Shown: positions 30,840-41,933 of the stretch, in pieces
Layout of the letters: every line of letters begins with the position of its first letter
Numbering within the stretch: position 1 is the first letter of the stretch
Source of the DNA: Rhodospirillales bacterium
GTDB taxonomy: Bacteria; Pseudomonadota; Alphaproteobacteria; Bin95
Direction of reading: 5' to 3'
Assembly: GCA_038143065.1 (NCBI GenBank)
Contig: JAYQLI010000035.1
Span: 2,560,894 to 2,624,893, forward strand
DNA: 64,000 bases
Translations under genes and position numbers: made by a program
The notes under the pieces: model-generated
Database searches by the model: none
The model's input: only the letters and a program-made list of their open reading frames with translations
What the model was told of the DNA's origin: nothing

Positions 30840-32171
30840 ATGCCAGACATACGTCGATCTACATTAGACTATTCTAGCATGGTCAATGATCGGACAGCTG
30901 AGGGTAATTTTAGCATCAATCGGTCCATTTATGATGACCCAGGCATTTTTGAAGACGAGATATCCCTAATATTCGAGAAGACGTGGATTTATGTTGCCCA
31001 CGAAAGTCAAATACCAAAGCAGGGAGATTATCTCTGGACAGAAATTGGGCGCCAACCCGTAATAATTAACCGTCTGGATAATGGCCAAATTGGTGGTCTT
31101 ATTAACGCTTGTTCTCATAGGGGAGCGCTTCTTACACCAACCCGACAAGGCAACGCTCGTGTTTTTGTTTGCCGGTACCACGGTTGGACTTTCAAGTCTG
31201 ATGGTGATTGCATTCGCATTAAGGATGAAGAGATAGGCTATCCTAATGGTGTTGATAAATCGTGCTTTAGTCTTACGAGACTGCCACGAGTTGAGAATTA
31301 CAGAGGGTTTATTTTTGCAAGTCTTAACGCAGAAGTGCCTCCGCTCTCAGAGCATTTAGGTAATACCAAACCTTTCATTGATATGATGGCAGACCAATCG
31401 CCTGATGGATTAGAGGTACTGCCAGGGTCTTCAACATACATTGTTGAATGTAATTGGAAGCTGCAAATAGAGAACGGTGTCGACGGCTATCATGTAGGAG
31501 TTGTGCATCGTAATTTTGCACAAACAGTTAGACGTAGAAATGAATTGAATAACGCTTCCGGAATGAAATTGACAGAAAATGCTCGTTTTGACTCGGGTAA
31601 TGTTGAAACTGGATGTTATGACTTAGGTCGTGGACATAACGTTATTTGGTCGGATCGAGGAGCTCCCGAAGCTGCGCCATTATACGAAGCGAGGGATATA
31701 CTGCTTCCAACAGTTGGTGAGGAAAAATGGAATTGGATGGTGGGGCGTGGACGTAATCTGCTTATCTATCCATACGTATTTCTAATGGACCAGTCATCAA
31801 CACAAATCAGAATTATCCGACCTTTGGGTCCCAGCAGAACGGAAATACAAGTATTTTGTATAGCGCCTAAAGGTGAGAGTTTCGAAGCTCGACGAGCCCG
31901 GCTGGACAAATTCCGGGATTTCTTTTTGACAAGTGGACTTGCTACCCCTGATGACTCCGTTGCGCTAGAGGACACTCAGATTGGTGTTGGCGGCAAGCTC
32001 GCCAAGTGGTCCCCGTTTGATCGAGGTATGGCCTCTGCTGGCGTTGGAGCTGATAAAGACATTCGTGAACTAAAGATCGAGCCGAATGGCCACAATAAAC
32101 CGTGGGATATGGAAACAATTTATATTGGGCAATATCGCCGTTGGGCCGAACTAATGGCTGCGGATAAATGA
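30840..32171 (+). CDS. Rieske aromatic ring-hydroxylating dioxygenase alpha subunit (benzoate/anthranilate-like)
   Basis: CSHRG...CRYHGW Rieske motif, NWKLQIENGVDGYH...H, and PDD Fe ligand. Confidence 0.92.
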   Translation: MPDIRRSTLDYSSMVNDRTAEGNFSINRSIYDDPGIFEDEISLIFEKTWIYVAHESQIPKQGDYLWTEIGRQPVIINRLDNGQIGGLINACSHRGALLTPTRQGNARVFVCRYHGWTFKSDGDCIRIKDEEIGYPNGVDKSCFSLTRLPRVENYRGFIFASLNAEVPPLSEHLGNTKPFIDMMADQSPDGLEVLPGSSTYIVECNWKLQIENGVDGYHVGVVHRNFAQTVRRRNELNNASGMKLTENARFDSGNVETGCYDLGRGHNVIWSDRGAPEAAPLYEARDILLPTVGEEKWNWMVGRGRNLLIYPYVFLMDQSSTQIRIIRPLGPSRTEIQVFCIAPKGESFEARRARLDKFRDFFLTSGLATPDDSVALEDTQIGVGGKLAKWSPFDRGMASAGVGADKDIRELKIEPNGHNKPWDMETIYIGQYRRWAELMAADK

Positions 32172-32683
32172 GTAACGTTACAAACGCAGATCTTTGCTTG
32201 CAGCATGAAGTTGAGCAGCTGATCTACAAAGAAGCTTACTTGCTTGATATGCGCCGATTTGATGATTGGCTAGAGTTATACAGAGAAGATGCCGAGTTCC
32301 TAATTCCCGCATGGATTAACGAAACAACCCTTGCTACCGACCCATCAAAGGAGCTCTTCCTTATCTACTTTCATAATAAGACAGGCTTGGATGATAGAGT
32401 TTATCGTATCAATACTCGTGATAGTTACGCCTCTACACCGATACCAAGGAGCACCCATGTAGTTGGTAATGTTTTGGTAATAGCGGCTTCTGAGACCAAT
32501 ATAGAAGCTTCCTGCAGTTGGACTGTGCATCAATACGGTGACAGGAAGGGAGCTCGCATTCATGGTGGTCGCTATGATTACACGTTCAGCCGTCATGAAA
32601 ACGGCGATTTAAAAATTGCGCGTAAGCATATCACTTTTTTAAATGACCGCGTAGATATACCAATCGATGTTTACAATGTGTGA
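32168..32683 (+). CDS. ring-hydroxylating dioxygenase beta subunit
   Basis: YKEAYLLD.RRFDDWLELY, LDDRVYRI, PRSTH, and C-terminal IDVYNV. Confidence 0.9.
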   Translation: MSNVTNADLCLQHEVEQLIYKEAYLLDMRRFDDWLELYREDAEFLIPAWINETTLATDPSKELFLIYFHNKTGLDDRVYRINTRDSYASTPIPRSTHVVGNVLVIAASETNIEASCSWTVHQYGDRKGARIHGGRYDYTFSRHENGDLKIARKHITFLNDRVDIPIDVYNV

Positions 32684-32693
32684 AGAGTTTATA

Positions 32694-33818
32694 ATGGCGA
32701 AATTACCGACCCAGCAGGAAATTTACGAACGGGTTATTAGGCATGTCGATAATAAAACAACTGACGTGGGCGACGGGATTTGGCGGGAGCCAGTTGAGAA
32801 CTATCAGTCGATAGAGCGTTTTCAGGCAGAGTTAAAAATGATGCGCCGCATCCCTCTGCCCTTCTGTCCTTCAGCTGCCTTACCGGAGGCGGGGTCTTAC
32901 ATCGCGCGAGTAGCTGCTGGGACGCCCTTATTGGTTGTCCGTGGTGACGATGGTGTTGTGCGGGCCTTTCGCAATGCATGTAGGCATAGAGGAATGGCGC
33001 TAAAAGAAGGCTCAGGCTGCGCTAAGAGCTTTGTTTGTCCATATCACGCTTGGACTTATAGTTTGGACGGTGCGCTTAAGCACATCCCTGGCTTTGAGGG
33101 ATTTCCATCAGTTGACAAGGCAGACCATGGATTGGTTGCAGTAACCGCTGAAGAAAAATCTGGCATCGTTTTTGTCACGCAAGAAAAGCCGATTTCTGAT
33201 GGTGCTCTTGAGTGCCTTCCAGAAATTATAAAGCCCGAGCAGAAGGTTTTTAACTCCCTGGAGTTTGTTGACGAAGCAAATTGGAAGCTTATCGGTGAAA
33301 CCTCAATGGAGGGTTACCACATAAGGGCTCTACACAATAAATCATTCTATCCCTACGGCTATGATAATCTGAACATAATAGAGCTGTACAAGCGAAATGC
33401 GCTGATCGTTTTTCCGTTCAATAGAATAGAAAGACTTAGAGAGAAGTTACCAGAGGATCGGAACTATGCAGGACGTTTCACTCAAGTGTTCCAAATCTTT
33501 CCCCACGCTCATACATCAGTTTTGTCTAACAACACCCTTTATATAATTTTGGAGCCTCTGACCCCAACATCAACACGCTGGGTGGTTTATCAGTTAACAA
33601 ATGAAGGGGAGGAGGCCACCAAAGAAAATCTAGAGATTGCTCGACGCGATGCTAACTTTGTTCAGGACACTGGGCTGCTTGAAGACCGAGCAGCCGCAAA
33701 AAGTATCCAGGATGGCATTCCTAGTGAAGCTAATGAATATTTCACTTTTGGCCAATATGAACAGGTTATTTGTAATTTCCACCGTAGTTTGGATGAGCTG
33801 ATTGCAAAGACAAACTAG
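32694..33818 (+). CDS. second Rieske oxygenase alpha subunit (choline monooxygenase-like clade)
   Basis: NACRHRG...CPYHAW, NWK...EGYHIRALH and ED. Confidence 0.88.
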   Translation: MAKLPTQQEIYERVIRHVDNKTTDVGDGIWREPVENYQSIERFQAELKMMRRIPLPFCPSAALPEAGSYIARVAAGTPLLVVRGDDGVVRAFRNACRHRGMALKEGSGCAKSFVCPYHAWTYSLDGALKHIPGFEGFPSVDKADHGLVAVTAEEKSGIVFVTQEKPISDGALECLPEIIKPEQKVFNSLEFVDEANWKLIGETSMEGYHIRALHNKSFYPYGYDNLNIIELYKRNALIVFPFNRIERLREKLPEDRNYAGRFTQVFQIFPHAHTSVLSNNTLYIILEPLTPTSTRWVVYQLTNEGEEATKENLEIARRDANFVQDTGLLEDRAAAKSIQDGIPSEANEYFTFGQYEQVICNFHRSLDELIAKTN

Positions 33819-33846
33819 ATTGTAGAACTTCTGATTTTAATGCCCG

Positions 33847-34497
33847 TCAATCCTGCCACTGGTTCCAGGACACGATATTCTCGATTGGAGGCCGTTTGGC
33901 GAGTTTGAAGTCATTACCAATAGTGTAAGCAACAGGCAGAAGACCTACTTGCATGATCTCTCGTGGGATGCAGAGTAAATCCTGAGCTTCGTTCGCGTTG
34001 TGAAGGTGAAGAGTTGTCAGAGTAGATCCCAGCCCACGAGCGCGCAGAGCAAGTTGAAAACTCCAAACTGCAGGCATGATCGAGCCCATTAACCCTGCCC
34101 ACGCCGTAGCTGGTGGGTTTTTTGCCATGTGATCCACTTTGATGAGTGGAATTACATGAACAGGTACTTTTTCAAGATTTTCTGCGAGATATTGTGCAGA
34201 AGAATAAACTCTTTCTGTTTGATTGTCGCCAGCGGCAGCGGCTGCATCCTGAGACTTGACCAAGTACTCTCCAGCACCCCTCCGATAAATATCAGCAAGA
34301 GCTTCACGTTTTTCCGAGCTGGTTACGATAATCCAACGCCATCCCTGTCTATTGCTTCCTGTGGGAGCCTGCTGGGAAATATCGAGGCACTCTAGAATAA
34401 CTTCCCGAGGTACGAGCTTTTCAAAGTCAAGGCGTCTTCTAACAGCCCTGGTTGTAGTTAATAATTTATTAGTTTCTTTGAGGTTGAACGGCGGCAT
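33847..34497 (-). CDS. nitroreductase family protein
   Basis: TTRAVRRRL, QAPTGSNRQGW and LALRARGLGS. Confidence 0.88.
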   Translation of the reverse strand: MPPFNLKETNKLLTTTRAVRRRLDFEKLVPREVILECLDISQQAPTGSNRQGWRWIIVTSSEKREALADIYRRGAGEYLVKSQDAAAAAGDNQTERVYSSAQYLAENLEKVPVHVIPLIKVDHMAKNPPATAWAGLMGSIMPAVWSFQLALRARGLGSTLTTLHLHNANEAQDLLCIPREIMQVGLLPVAYTIGNDFKLAKRPPIENIVSWNQWQD

Positions 34498-34599
34498 GAT
34501 TACTTTCTGTATCAGACCCTCTGTTGGCTTAGGTTAATTATTAGTTCCAAAAAGAATTTATGATCTTCAAAAACCAATTATTGCTATGTCCAATAAGAA

Positions 34600-35097
34600 T
34601 CAGATTTGTGCATTTCGTCTTTTAATGAGTGTCTTAATCTCACCCTCCATGCAAAGCTCATCTCGCTGATTGTGTACTGTTGCCCGAAGTACAACTATTC
34701 CAGTTGTTCGGCCTGGTTCTAAATCAAACACTTCGAGCATTGGGTAGGTTGTGTCGCCAGAAAAAACAGGTGCTTTAAAACGAGCGGTCAGCTCTACTAT
34801 CGCTTTAAGGCTGTCTTGCACAATGAATGGAAAGTCGCCCGCACCCGGAGCTGCCTGGATTAACACTTGCATTCCATGGGCGAGGAGGCCAGGGAAACCA
34901 AGATTTCGGCAATACTCGATATCATAATGAATTGGATGATTGTCTCCACTCGCCATCTGGAATGCAGCAAAGAGTGCATCGGTCTGGGTCCTTGATGGCG
35001 AAATGAAGCGTTCCCCTAACTTGAAATCTTCAAAATATCGCTGTTCTGGTACACGTGGTTCCCGCCAAGGACGATCAGAGAAATTCTCAGCAGACAT
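34600..35097 (-). CDS. MaoC family dehydratase
   Basis: YFEDF, SGDNHPIH, AHG and F..PVF.GDT. Confidence 0.88.
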   Translation of the reverse strand: MSAENFSDRPWREPRVPEQRYFEDFKLGERFISPSRTQTDALFAAFQMASGDNHPIHYDIEYCRNLGFPGLLAHGMQVLIQAAPGAGDFPFIVQDSLKAIVELTARFKAPVFSGDTTYPMLEVFDLEPGRTTGIVVLRATVHNQRDELCMEGEIKTLIKRRNAQI

Positions 35098-35143
35098 TAT
35101 CAGTAACCTTCTTTCTTTTTGCTGATTTTGAATTTGTTCAGTA

Positions 35144-36895
35144 TTATTTTAAAAGAGAACTGCGCCTTATAGCATCCAGAGCCAGCGGAGCGGGGTATAT
35201 CTCTGCGGCATCACATGAAAGACGATCATCTGCGATATCAGCTGCTAAGTGATCAGGCGATCGTAAATGAGGTTCTCCGAAGCCACCCCCTCCAGGCGTT
35301 TCCATTCGCACTCTATCACCTGGAGCCATTATCAGCCTACGCTGTTTAACGTCTACAATTCTCTGAGGTCCATTTTTAGGTTTCACGATAACACGAGCCT
35401 TTCCACCATCACCTCCACCGTTTGCTCCCTTGGGTGATGTTTTGAAATTATCTCCGCGACTGGAAAAACTAGCATGTTGGCCAACCGCCTCAATTTCTCG
35501 TGCAAGCCCCATCCCACCACGCATGCGACCTATTCCTCCTGATCCTTCTATCAAAGAATATTCGATCACGCGGAGTGGATAGCTGCTTTCGACCGCCTCT
35601 GCAGGCGTGTTTAAGGAATTCGTGATATGGCAGTGAGCGCCGTCCATCCCATCCATGTTGGAAAGAGCGCCATTTCCACCACCTATTGTCTCTAAATACA
35701 CGTACGGAGTCCCAGCCACGGTTTCGCCACCGAAGACCATAGAGGCAAGTATATCGTGACTTGAGGCCATCGTTCTTTCTTCAGGTAGAACTGGCTGCAA
35801 GGCTCCAAAAATGGCACTCGAGAGCTTCTGGCAAGTGGTAGTTCTTGCACCAACTGCTGCGGGAAATCTCGGATTTAGGATTGTTCCTTTGGGAATATTA
35901 AGCTCCAACGCCTCGAAAAGCCCCGTGTTAGGTGGCAGTTCAGGGTCGAGTAGGGCTTTTACTGCATATACGACCGTCGCCTTCACGCCCGAAGGTAGCA
36001 GGTTAAATCCGCCTCGAGATTGGTTCCCAGTTCCTGCAAAGTCAAAAATTAGCTGTTGGCCTTTGATTATTAGCGTTGCACAAATCGGTAATGGATCACC
36101 TCCGAGGCCGTCGTCATCCATCCATACCGTATGGGTGTATTCGCCATCTGGAAGTTCATTAATGCGTCCTGCAAGTCGGCGCTTGGCGTACCTAATAAGT
36201 TCGTCGGTTAGGAAATTCATTCGCTGAATACCCTCACGAGAAGCTAGTTCGGCAAGACGTATTGCCCCAAAGTGCGATACAGCTGATTGCACTTCTAGGT
36301 CGAGTTTGCGTACTTCGGGTTCTCGGGTGTTGTGAGCTATAAGGTCCAATAGTCCTGCATCGATTTCACCATTTCGTGAAATTTGGATGGCGGGGATTCG
36401 AATTCCTTCCTCGAAAATCGAACTTGCATCTGGAGCGATCGAGCCTGGGGTTGGACCTCCTACGTCAGTATGGTGGCCAATGCAGGCCGCGAAATAGTGC
36501 ACGTGTCCATCTACAAAAACGGGCTCGATAATCGAAATGTCATTCAAGTGTGTTCCGCCACAGAGATATGCATCATTGGCGATAAATGCGTCCCCAGGCT
36601 TCATGTTTCCTATTGGGTATCTGTCAATTATTGCATCAACAGCTCCGAATAGAGAGCCTAGATGGATTGGTATATGCGCCGCTTGAGCTATTAGCCTGCC
36701 GTCAGCAGTAAACAATGCGGTCGAGCAATCCCTTCGTTCCTTAATATTTGGCGAAAATGATGCACGGACAAGTCGTCTGCCCATTTCTTCCGCTATAGCG
36801 AGTAGGCGGTTAGAAAAGACTTCAAGTGCTATCGCGTCAATAGGGCTCTGTTCAGCTAGTATTGCCTTATCATTTCCAACGGGCTGATCAACCAT
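35144..36895 (-). CDS. hydantoinase B/oxoprolinase family protein
   Basis: SPNIKERRDCS, HIPIHLGS, GTHLND, HHTDVGG, EEGIRIP and TPGGGGFG. Confidence 0.92.
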   Translation of the reverse strand: MVDQPVGNDKAILAEQSPIDAIALEVFSNRLLAIAEEMGRRLVRASFSPNIKERRDCSTALFTADGRLIAQAAHIPIHLGSLFGAVDAIIDRYPIGNMKPGDAFIANDAYLCGGTHLNDISIIEPVFVDGHVHYFAACIGHHTDVGGPTPGSIAPDASSIFEEGIRIPAIQISRNGEIDAGLLDLIAHNTREPEVRKLDLEVQSAVSHFGAIRLAELASREGIQRMNFLTDELIRYAKRRLAGRINELPDGEYTHTVWMDDDGLGGDPLPICATLIIKGQQLIFDFAGTGNQSRGGFNLLPSGVKATVVYAVKALLDPELPPNTGLFEALELNIPKGTILNPRFPAAVGARTTTCQKLSSAIFGALQPVLPEERTMASSHDILASMVFGGETVAGTPYVYLETIGGGNGALSNMDGMDGAHCHITNSLNTPAEAVESSYPLRVIEYSLIEGSGGIGRMRGGMGLAREIEAVGQHASFSSRGDNFKTSPKGANGGGDGGKARVIVKPKNGPQRIVDVKQRRLIMAPGDRVRMETPGGGGFGEPHLRSPDHLAADIADDRLSCDAAEIYPAPLALDAIRRSSLLK

Positions 36896-36909
36896 TACGG
36901 GATGACAAA

Positions 36910-38625
36910 TTAGCCAGCTCGAACCAGCTTGCCGGGTAGAGCGCCAGTATGTTTGCCGTTCTCGAACACTGGGACTCCAGATACGATTGTCATTTCATAG
37001 CCTTCGGCTTTTTGAACTAGCCTGCGTCCTCCTGCTGGAAGATCAAAAATGACTTCTGGCCGACGGATTTGAAGTGCATCGTAGTCAATGATATTGACGT
37101 CCGCCTTTAAACCCTTCTCCAGACGTCCTCGATCTTTGAAGCCAAAAAAATCAGCGGTTTCGCTAGTAAGGCGACGGACTGCCCATTCAATCGGGAATTT
37201 TCCTCCTCGGGTTCGGTCTCGTGTCCAGTGAGTAAGCATAAACGTGGGCATTGAAGCATCGCATATTTGACCACAATGGGCACCTCCATCACCTAACCCC
37301 ACGATTGTTGCTTCATCCTGCATCATTTCGTGAACTGGTTCTAAATCTCCGGTGACAAAGTTAGTGACGGGAAAAAGTACCATCCCACCTCCATCGCCTT
37401 CGGCCATGAAGTCATAAACAAATTCTTGTGGTGACTTCCCTGCAATCTTTGCTGCTTCCTGAACTGCAGCCTCAGGTTTGGGCTCATATTCTGGTGGGTC
37501 ATTCAAAATGTACATACGGTCCCAACGATTTGCGATAGCCCTTTGCAGGGGAGGAAGCCGGGAAAGGAGGTCGTCTGAATTTTCCTCTGAAAGAATCTGA
37601 GCTCGAACCTCTGGATCTTTAAGCTTTTGTAATCTCTCAGGTTGAGGCATGCCATCGAGTGCAGCAAAAGTAGGACGTCCACTGAATGGTGTCAGTGACG
37701 TGGAGAATCCCAAAATAATACCTACAGCACGCCCGGCAATTTGAGCGGTTACATTGGCCCCGCCATCACGAGCTTTGTGGGCTCCTTTCATGAGACGGCG
37801 CCAGCGTTCAGGGTCTGAATAACGGTCTGTGAGAAGAAACCAGAGAGGGCGGCCTGTTTCTTTTCCAATAGTTTCAATCCATTGGAATTCAGCTTCTTCG
37901 TCCTCAAAATCATTCAGCATGCCATATGCACCGTGATCTACGCTCTTGAATGCTTCACCAATGCCTATGAGCTCATCGGCAGCAGCATATCGGCCTGGAA
38001 CTCGTTCACCTTTTGTAGTTCTGTGGGACTCGGTTCGCGAAGTGGTGAAGCCGAAGGCTCCAGCTTGCAAGGCTTCTTCCGTGAGTTTTCGCATTTCGGC
38101 AATATCATCTGCCGTTGCATCTTCAAAATTAATCGCACGCTCCCCCATAACGTAAACCCGCAAAGGATGATGGGGCATCTGAGCGCCGATATCTATTACA
38201 CGATCCTGTTTATCAAGTGCGTCTAGATACTCGGGAAAACTTTCCCAATCCCATTTAAGTCCTTCGGATAGTACAATGCCAGGAATGTCCTCGACACCTT
38301 CCATAAGGTCAATCAAAGCTTCATGGTCTTTGGGGCGGCAGGGTGCAAAGCCAACGCCACAATTGCCAAATAAAATTGTGGTGACGCCATGCCAAGAAGA
38401 GGGCGTCAGCATAGGGTCCCATGTGGCTTGGCCGTCATAGTGTGTATGCACATCAACGAAACCAGGTGTCACTAATTTTCCATTTGCATCTATTTCTCGC
38501 TTTCCAGGTCCGATTTCTCCTCCAACCTGGGCTATCTTATCACCGCTGATAGCAATATCACCGACATAGCTCTGGGCACCGGTTCCATCGATTATAGTTC
38601 CATTGCGAATAACAATATCGTGCAT
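36910..38625 (-). CDS. N-acyl-D-amino-acid deacylase family amidohydrolase
   Basis: [27 protein letters not shown] and [11 protein letters not shown]. Confidence 0.88.
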   Translation of the reverse strand: MHDIVIRNGTIIDGTGAQSYVGDIAISGDKIAQVGGEIGPGKREIDANGKLVTPGFVDVHTHYDGQATWDPMLTPSSWHGVTTILFGNCGVGFAPCRPKDHEALIDLMEGVEDIPGIVLSEGLKWDWESFPEYLDALDKQDRVIDIGAQMPHHPLRVYVMGERAINFEDATADDIAEMRKLTEEALQAGAFGFTTSRTESHRTTKGERVPGRYAAADELIGIGEAFKSVDHGAYGMLNDFEDEEAEFQWIETIGKETGRPLWFLLTDRYSDPERWRRLMKGAHKARDGGANVTAQIAGRAVGIILGFSTSLTPFSGRPTFAALDGMPQPERLQKLKDPEVRAQILSEENSDDLLSRLPPLQRAIANRWDRMYILNDPPEYEPKPEAAVQEAAKIAGKSPQEFVYDFMAEGDGGGMVLFPVTNFVTGDLEPVHEMMQDEATIVGLGDGGAHCGQICDASMPTFMLTHWTRDRTRGGKFPIEWAVRRLTSETADFFGFKDRGRLEKGLKADVNIIDYDALQIRRPEVIFDLPAGGRRLVQKAEGYEMTIVSGVPVFENGKHTGALPGKLVRAG

Positions 38626-38700
38626 GGCGCAAAACCCTATTTCTGCTTCCGCTGGAATAAACGCTAGGCAGATTTTTACGCTTGCGCAACAGTTCGGGCA

Positions 38701-39895
38701 TCAATCAAGCTGCAGTAGTTCACTGCAAAGATAGGCACTTTCAGCCAGAAAAGGGTGAATTGGATGGTCGGGTGCAGCGCCTCCGGTGCGCAGTAGGCGG
38801 CCGTTGCGTCCTGCATCGGCTAACCCATGACGTACTTGCTCACTGAATGCCTTTTCATCAACGTTATGTGAGCATGAGGCTGCAAAAAGAAAGCCTCCTG
38901 GCTCTACCAGCAGAGCAGCAAGGCGTAAGAGTTTGCGATAACCACGGAGGCCTGCAGCCAAATCTTTACGACTTTTTACAAACGCTGGAGGGTCTACAAT
39001 GACAACATCCCAACGTTTCCCTTCTGACAGAGCTTTTTCAAGAAAAGTAAATGCCTCATCACGTTCAAATTTACATATTTTGCCTAGCCCGTTTCGGTCC
39101 GCTGCAGCTTGCGCCAGAGAAAGTGCACTTTCAGAGCGATCTACCATTGTCACCGATTCAGCGCCTGCAGCTGCGGCATTAATCCCAAAGCCACCCAGAT
39201 AACAATAACAATCTAGTACGCGAGCTCCTGATGCGATGGCGGCTACAGCAGCCCGGTTGCCGCGCTGGTCATAAAACCATCCAGTCTTCTGCCCATTTTT
39301 TGAGGTCTGTTATAAAAACGAGACCGTTTTCCATTAACTCAGTGTGTTCTGAAATTTTTCCCAAAACTTTATCTGTTTCTATTGGTAGCCCTTCCAAGGA
39401 TCTGGCAGTCGAACTTTTCTGAATAATGATTGTCTTGGGATTAAGTAGTCGCTTTAAAGCACTTTGAATTTCGGCTTCTAACAAATTAAAGCCAGCAGAG
39501 TTTATCTGTACAACTATCGTGTCATCATATCGGTCCATAATCACTCCGGGCATTCCATCGGCCTCGGCATGTATCAATCGATAAAATGGCTCTCTAAATA
39601 ACCTATCTCGCAAAGTGCAAGCTTGGATTAGTCGTTCAAGTATGAATTGCTCATCAATAGGTACATTGACTTTATTTGAGAGAATTCTTCCTACTACCAA
39701 TGGTTTTGGGTTAAAGAACCCAGTTCCGACAAGATCGTTTGAAGCATTCTTGAAATTTACAACACTGCCTGGGGTTAAACTTTTGGCCTCCGAGGTCATC
39801 TCAACTTCGTTAGAGTAAATCCAAGGATGTCCCATTTTTACGCGCCGGTGGCGTTTTGGGAGAAGGCGAATTTGAGGAATGGGTGCATTAGTCAT
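38701..39895 (-). CDS. rlmI: RlmI-like 23S rRNA m5C methyltransferase, frameshift near 39295
   Basis: GHPWIYSNE PUA domain, EADGMPG, QKTGWFYD in the shifted frame, DPPAF and SCS. Confidence 0.85.
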
Positions 39896-40004
39896 GAGTT
39901 TCGGATAGAAGCTTATTGAAAGCATCGCAAGAGTAGTCGCCAATAAGACACTTATCGATGTATATAAGTAGTCAAATTTATTTCTGGCTGAGGGTTGAGA
40001 CGGA

Positions 40005-40958
40005 ATGCAGGGACGACTGGTTACAGTATTTGGTGGTTCGGGTTTTATCGGTCGATACATTGTAAAAAGATTAGCTGCTAAGGGCGCCCGCGTCCGCGTG
40101 GCCACCCGTGATCCAGAGGGTGCAAAATTTCTTAAGCCAATGGGTGCTGTAGGACAGGTTGCTCCATTCAAAGTTTCCATTGGTAATGCCGACTCAATTC
40201 GGGTTGCTGTTGAAGGCTCTGATGCAGTGGTGAATTTGGTTGGAATTCTCTCTGAAGGCGGACGCCAGAGCTTTCGGATGGCTCATGTTCAGGGACCGGA
40301 AAATATTGCTAATGCTGCATCTGCTGCAGGAATTCAGAATATGGTCCATGTTTCGGCGATTGGCGCTGATGGGGACAGCGCAAGTGCCTATGCACGAAGT
40401 AAGTTTCTAGGAGAGGAGGCTGTTCGCTCTGCAATCCCTGAGAGTGTAATTCTTCGCCCAAGTGTAGTCTTCGGTCCCGAAGACGACTTTTTTAATAGGT
40501 TTGCAGCAATGGCGCGTATGGCTCCTGCGTTACCACTTGTGGATGGAGGCAAAACTAAATTCCAACCTGTATATGTTGGAGACGTTGCTGATGCAGTAAT
40601 GGCAGCACTCGAAAATGAAGGGGCTTCAGGTAAAACCTATGAGTTGGGGGGGCCTGAAGTTTTAAGTTTTAAGACGCTTCTTGAATACATTCTTTCAGAG
40701 ACTGGGCGTTCGCGTGCGCTTGTTCCTGTGCCTGCGCCATTTTTAAAGCCTTTGGCTGCTATCATGGAGTTTCTCCCAGCTCCTCCGTTGACACGGGACC
40801 AACTGATTTTGTTGCGGAAACATAATGTGGTTGATGATGGGGCGCTTAAACTCGCAGACTTGGGCCTAGACGCAACAGCGATAGCAGCTGAAGTTCCTGA
40901 CTATCTTGTGCGTTTCAGAAATCAGGGTCAGTACACTAACTACAAGCAAGCCGACTAA
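40005..40958 (+). CDS. complex I NDUFA9 subunit family SDR
   Basis: VFGGSGFIGRY, VVNLVGIL, YARSK and RPSVVFGPED. Confidence 0.9.
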   Translation: MQGRLVTVFGGSGFIGRYIVKRLAAKGARVRVATRDPEGAKFLKPMGAVGQVAPFKVSIGNADSIRVAVEGSDAVVNLVGILSEGGRQSFRMAHVQGPENIANAASAAGIQNMVHVSAIGADGDSASAYARSKFLGEEAVRSAIPESVILRPSVVFGPEDDFFNRFAAMARMAPALPLVDGGKTKFQPVYVGDVADAVMAALENEGASGKTYELGGPEVLSFKTLLEYILSETGRSRALVPVPAPFLKPLAAIMEFLPAPPLTRDQLILLRKHNVVDDGALKLADLGLDATAIAAEVPDYLVRFRNQGQYTNYKQAD

Positions 40959-41024
40959 GAGGGCGACCAATAAGAGAGACCTTTTAGCTATCTACGACCC
41001 ATTAACTGAGATCTACGGGATTAG

Positions 41025-41933
41025 TTAAAGGCCTAGAAGTCCTCTCGCGAATTCCCTGGGCTGGAATGGCTGCATGTCCTCCTGACCTTCACCAACTCCT
41101 ATCAAGCGAACCGGTATATCGTAAGCCTTAGCCAGAGATATTACGACACCACCCTTAGCCGTGCCATCCAGTTTTGTAAGTGCAAGGCCTGTCACGTTAG
41201 CCATCTCTCCAAAAACTTTTACTTGGCTAAGAGCGTTTTGACCTGTGGTTGCATCTAGTGTGAGCAAAGTCTCATGAGGTGCCGATGGGTCTATTTTCTT
41301 AATAACTCTGACGATCTTTTTTAGTTCGTCCATTAAGTTGGATTTATTGTGCAGCCGACCTGCAGTATCAATTAACAGCACGTCGATGTTTTCATCTTTT
41401 GCCTTTTGTATTGCTTCGAAGGCAAGGCTCGCAGCATCTGATCCGTTATCTTGGGTTACGACAGGAACCCCAGCTCTCTCTCCCCATATTTGAAGTTGTT
41501 CCACCGCGGCAGCTCTGAATGTATCGCCCGCTGCGATCATCACGTTCTCACCGGAATTTTTTAATGCTGAAGCGAGCTTTCCAATTGTCGTAGTTTTACC
41601 AGTGCCGTTGACTCCAATTACAAGAATGACAAATGGTTTCTTGTTGTGGGAGAGATCAATTGGCTCAGCGACCCTCTCTAAAATACGGGTTACTTCTTCA
41701 GAAATGCGCTCGCGAACCTCAGCATCGCTCACAGTTTTTCCGCGCATGTCATCTAAGCTTCCGATCAGCTGGGCTGCTACCGATGGTCCCATATCTGCCA
41801 TGATTAGAGCATCTTCGATTTGCTCGATCGCTTCTTGATCAAGCTTGCGACCATCAACTGCGGCTATGACATTCTGTGTTAGTTTAGATGAAGTTTTTGT
41901 TAAACCTTTTTTAAGACGTTCTAACCAACTCAT
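41025..41933 (-). CDS. ftsY: signal recognition particle receptor FtsY
   Basis: GVNGTGKTTT, DTFRAAA, DTAGR and TKLDGTAKGG. Confidence 0.97.
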   Translation of the reverse strand: MSWLERLKKGLTKTSSKLTQNVIAAVDGRKLDQEAIEQIEDALIMADMGPSVAAQLIGSLDDMRGKTVSDAEVRERISEEVTRILERVAEPIDLSHNKKPFVILVIGVNGTGKTTTIGKLASALKNSGENVMIAAGDTFRAAAVEQLQIWGERAGVPVVTQDNGSDAASLAFEAIQKAKDENIDVLLIDTAGRLHNKSNLMDELKKIVRVIKKIDPSAPHETLLTLDATTGQNALSQVKVFGEMANVTGLALTKLDGTAKGGVVISLAKAYDIPVRLIGVGEGQEDMQPFQPREFARGLLGL

